Shown: positions 59,675 through 64,000 of the stretch, one piece after another
How positions within the stretch are numbered: the first letter of the stretch is position 1
How the letters are laid out: the number at the start of each line of letters is the position of its first letter
DNA from: the human T2T-CHM13v2.0 reference genome, Homo sapiens
Assembly (NCBI RefSeq): GCF_009914755.1
Contig: NC_060938.1
Length of the DNA stretch: 64,000 bases
Strand: one strand, 5' to 3'
The notes under the pieces: model-generated
The model's input: only the letters and a program-made list of their open reading frames with translations
The model's database searches: none
What the model was told of the DNA's origin: nothing
Translations under genes and position numbers: made by a program

Positions 59675-61573
59675 TGACAGGTGACAACATGCGGCCGGCC
59701 CTCGCTCCCTCTCAGTGCCTCCTTGGCCTTGGCGTCCATTCTGGCCATGCTTAAGGAGGCCTTCAGCCCGCCACTGCACTGTGGGAGCCCCTCTCTGGGC
59801 TGGCTGAGGCTGGAGCCAGCTCCCTCTGCTTGCAGGGAGGTGTGGAGGGAGAGGCGTGGGTGGGAACCGGGGCTGTGCGTGGCGCTTTTGGGCCAGCGTG
59901 AGGTCCAGGTGGGCGTGGGCTCAGTGGGCCCTGCACTCAGAGCAACCAGCCAGCGCTGCCGGCCCTGGGCAGTGAGGGGCTTAGCACCTGGGCTTAGCAG
60001 CTGCAGAGGGTGTGCCAGGTCCCTCAGCACTGCCAGCCCACCCGCGCCATGTTCGAATTCTTGCCAGGCCTCAGCCACCTCCCCACAGGGCAGGACTCAG
60101 GACTTGCAGCCTGCCATGCCTGAGCCCCCCTGTGGTGGGCTCCCAAGTGTCCCAAGCCTCCCTGATGGGCACCGCCCCTGCTCCACAGTGCCCGGTCCCA
60201 TCGACTGCCCAAGGGCTGAGGAGTGCAGGCGTGCAGCACGGGATTGGCAGGCAGCTCCATCCGCAGCCCTGGGGCGGGATCCACTAGGAGAAGCCAGCTG
60301 GGTTCCTGAGTTGGGTGGGGACTTGGAGAACTTTTATGTCTAGCTGGAGGATTGTAAATGCACCAATCAGCACTCCGTGTCTAGCTTGGGGTTTGTAAAC
60401 GTACCAATCAGTGCTGTGTCTTGCTAATCTGGTGGGGACTTGGAGAACTTTTATGTCTAGCTAGAGGATTGTAAATGCATCAATCAGCACTCTGAGTTTA
60501 GCTCAGGGATTGTAAATCAACCAATCAGCACTCTGTGTCTAGCTAAAAGTTTGTGAATGCACCAATCAGTGCTCTGTGTCTAGCTAATCTGGTGGGGACT
60601 TGGAGAGCTTTTATGTCTAGCTGGAGGATTGTAAATGCCCCAGTCAGCACTCTGTGTCTAGCTCAGGGTTCGTGGATGCACCAATCAACACTCTGTATCT
60701 AACTAATTGGGTGGGGACTTGGAGAACTTTTATGTCTAGCTGGAGGACTGCAAATGCACCAGTCAGCACTCTGTATCTAGCTCAAGATTTGTAAACACAC
60801 CAATCAGCACTCTGTATCTAGCTCAAGGTTTGTAAAGGCACCAATCAGCACCCTGTGTCTAGCTCAAGGTTTGTAAATGCACCAATCAGTGCTCTGTGTC
60901 TAGCTAATCTAGTGGGGACTTGGAGAACTTTTACATCTAGCTAGAGGATTGTAAATACACCAATCAGCACTCTGTGTCTAGCTCAGGGATTGTAAATGCA
61001 CCAATCACCACCCTGTCAAAATGGATCAATCAGCTCTCTGTAAAATGGACCAATCAGCTCTCTCTAAAATGGACCAATCAGCTCTCTGTAAAATGGGCCA
61101 ATCAGCAGGATGTGGGTGGGGTCAGATAAGGGAATAAAAGCAGGCTGCCCGAGCCAGCAGCGGCAACCCGCTCGGGTCCCCTTCCACACTGTGGAAGCTT
61201 TGTTCTTTCACTCTTTGCAATAAATCTTGCTGCTGCCCACTCTTTGGGTCTGCACTGCCTTTATGAGCTGTAACACTCACGACAAAGGTCTGCAGCTTCA
61301 CTCCTGAGGCCAGCCAGCAAGACCATGAACCCACTGGGAGGAATGAACAACTCTGGATGGGAGGAATGAACAACTCCAGACATGCTGCCTTAAGAGCTGC
61401 AACACTCACTGTGAAGGTCTGCAGCTTCACTCCTGAAGCCAGCGAGACCATTAACCCATAAGAAGGAACAAACTCCGGACACACCACCTTTAAGAACTGT
61501 AACACTCACCACGAGGGTCCACGTCTTCATTCTTGAAGTCAGTGAGACCAAGAACCCACCAATTCCGGACACA
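59675..61573 (+). mobile_element. solo LTR12-family LTR (ERV9), 1.9 kb, inserted in HML-3
   Basis: tgacaggtgacaac start, ccaattccggacaca end, TSD ATAT (59671-59674, 61574-61577). Confidence 0.96.
60320..61110 (+). repeat. LTR12 U3 tandem enhancer array (~40/79-bp and 24-bp units)
   Basis: repeated tgtaaatgcaccaatcagcactctgtgtctagct; about 13 intact CCAAT by eye. Confidence 0.92.
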
Positions 61574-61577
61574 ATAT

Positions 61578-64000
61578 CATTTTTGATGGTGGCCATTGTT
61601 AAGCCTGTAGAACCTATACCTTTAAAATGGTTAACAGATAAGCCAATTTGGATAGAACAATGGCCACTAAGTAAAGAGAAACTGGAGGCTTTAGAGGACT
61701 TCGTTAATGAACAATTAGAAAAAGGACACATAGCTCCAACATTTTCCCCTTGGAATTCTCTAGTTTTCATAATTAAGAAAAAATCAGGTAAATGGAGAAT
61801 GTTAACTGATTTAAGAGCCATTAATTCAGTTATACCACCTATGGGAGCATTACAGCCATAGCATCTCCTGCTATGATTCTAAAAAATTGGCCTTTAATAG
61901 TCATAGATTTAAAAGACTGTTTCTTTACTATCCCCTTAGCTGAGCAAAACTGAACGGTTTACATTTACAATTCCTGCAGTAAACAACCTGCAGCCTGCTA
62001 AGCATTTTCATTGGAAAGGTTGCCACAAGGCATGTTAAACAGTCCAACAATTTGCCAGACTTATGTAGGGCAAGCAATTGAACCTACTCATAAAAAATAT
62101 TCATGTGTTACATTATTCATTATATAGACAATATACTTTGTGCTGCCCCCACTTGAGAAATATTACTCCAATGTTATGATCACATGCAAAATTTGATTTC
62201 TCATGCTGGTTTAATTATAGCTCCTGACAAAATTCATACTACTAATCCTTACTCCTAATTGGGGACCTTAGTTAATGACATTACCATTGTGCCACAGAAA
62301 GTAGCCATATATAGGGATCAGTTGAAAGTGTTAAATGACTTTCAAAAATTACTAGGGGACATTAATTGGATACCACCTGCTCTAGGTATTCCTACCTCTG
62401 CCATGAGTAATCTATTTTCTATCCTTAAAGGAGATCCTAGTCTCACTAGCCCTCGACAATTAATAAAAGAAGCTGAAGTAGAGCTGCAGCTAATCAAAAA
62501 GCAAGTCCGTAAAGCTCAAATAAATACAATAGATCCAGAGAAGACTCTAGATTTGCTAATTTTTCCAACTCAGCATTCACCTTCTGGTGTTACTGTCCAA
62601 GAGCAGGACTTAGTAAAGTAGCTTTTTCTTCCACATACTAATTCACAGACTCTAACTCCTTGTTTGGATCAAATTGCTACTATGATAGAACATAGGAGAA
62701 CTCAGATTGTTAAATTACATGAATATGATCCTGGAAAAGTTATTGTCACTCTCACAAAGGCACAAATACAGCAAGCTTTTGTAAATAGTCTTACTTGGCA
62801 AACCCGTTTAGCTCACTTTGTGGGTATTCTCGATAATCATTTTCCTAAAATGAAACTGTTTCAATTTTTGAAATTAACTAGTTGGATTCTCCCTAAAATA
62901 ACTAAATTTAAACCAATTGAAGGTGCTGGGAATGTTTTTACACTTGGGTCTAGTAATGGTAAAGCTTCTTATTCCGGATGAAAAGGTAAAGTTTTCCAGA
63001 CACCCTATACTTCAGCTCAAAAAGCGAAGCTTGTAGCTGTAATTGAGGTATTGACTGCTTTTAATATGCCTATTAATGTGATTTCTGATATTTCATAGAT
63101 GGTTCATGCCACACAATTAATTGAAAATGCTCAGTTACGATTTCATACAGATGAACAACTGATGACTTTATTTACCCAATTGCAAACAGCAGTTAGGAGT
63201 AGAATGCACCCTTTATACATCACTCACATTAGGGCTCATACACCCCTTCCAGAACCTTTAACTGAAGGGAATCAAATGGCTGATCGCCTAGTTGCTAATG
63301 CAATATCTAATGCTAGACAAGTTCACAATTTAACCCATGTTAATGCCTCTGGTCTCAAATGCAGATACAGCATTACCTGGAAAGAAGCTAAAGCTATTAT
63401 CCAGTGATGCCCAACTTGCCAAATGGTGCATTCCTCATCTTTTACTGGAGGAGTTAATCCTCAAGGACTGGAACCTAATTCTCGTTGGCAAATGGATGTC
63501 ACACATGTTCCATCATTTGGGAGACTAGCTTATGTACATGTATGTGTGGACACCTTTTCTCACTTCATCTGGGCTACATGCCAATCAGGAGAGTCTTATG
63601 GCTGTGTTAAATGTTACCTTTTGCAGTGTTTTGCTGTGATGGGCATTCCAGCTTCTATTAAAACAGATAATGCCCCAGGCTATACTAGCCAAGCTTTAGC
63701 TACATTTTGCTCTATATGAAATATTAAACACATTACTGGTATCCCATATAATTCTCAAGGAGAAGCCATAGTGGAAAGAATGAATCTCTCTGAAACAGCA
63801 GTTGCAAAAGCAGAGGGGGGAAAACAGGGACTAAGGGACACCCCATATGCAATTGAATCTAGCATTATTAACTTTAAATTTTTTGAGCCTGCCTAAAGGC
63901 CAGATATTATCAGCAGCTGAACAGCATCTACAGAAACCAGCTGCAAAGACAGAAGCAGAACAACTGGTTTGGTGGAGAGATCCAATAACAAAAAGTTGGG
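61578..64000 (+). pseudogene. HERV-K(HML-3) pol (RT, RNase H, integrase), defective, runs off the window
   Basis: [37 protein letters not shown] in place of Yx[33 protein letters not shown]; many stops. Confidence 0.95.

Noticed and set aside
59681-60343. 220-aa GC-rich ORF and similar ORFs at 15235-15864
   Set aside because: Stop-poor LTR12 sequence, no protein homology recognised
60320-61110. CRISPR-like regularly spaced repeats
   Set aside because: Units are tandem without unique spacers; this is the known LTR12 U3 array in eukaryotic DNA with no cas genes

Overview
Primate, almost certainly human, intergenic DNA (it holds a near-consensus AluYa5). I recognise no intact protein-coding gene, RNA gene or CRISPR array. 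Almost all ORFs in the track are by-products of Alu, L1, LTR or low-complexity sequence. The window is mostly a nested mosaic of about 20 Alu elements or fragments, several L1s (one full-length L1PA7-like, one twin-primed inverted, one rearranged), solo LTRs (LTR8, LTR12, MER57, MER21, MLT1) and DNA transposon fossils (Tigger3, Charlie, MER33, MER5A, MADE1). It ends in the 5' part of a defective HERV-K(HML-3)/MER9 provirus interrupted by an LTR12. Three host-mRNA-derived inserts stand out: (1) a classical COX5A processed pseudogene that keeps ancestral residues; (2) a ~1.37 kb foreign 3'UTR that replaces the middle of an L1; (3) an internal, spliced ITGA3 cDNA fragment with no poly(A) or TSD, bracketed by an inverted duplication of a MER33 and its flank. 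I see no convincing new biological system. The best leads are these unusual RNA-templated rearrangements. Repeat family names and parent-gene comparisons come from memory of consensus sequences and need RepeatMasker/BLAST confirmation.
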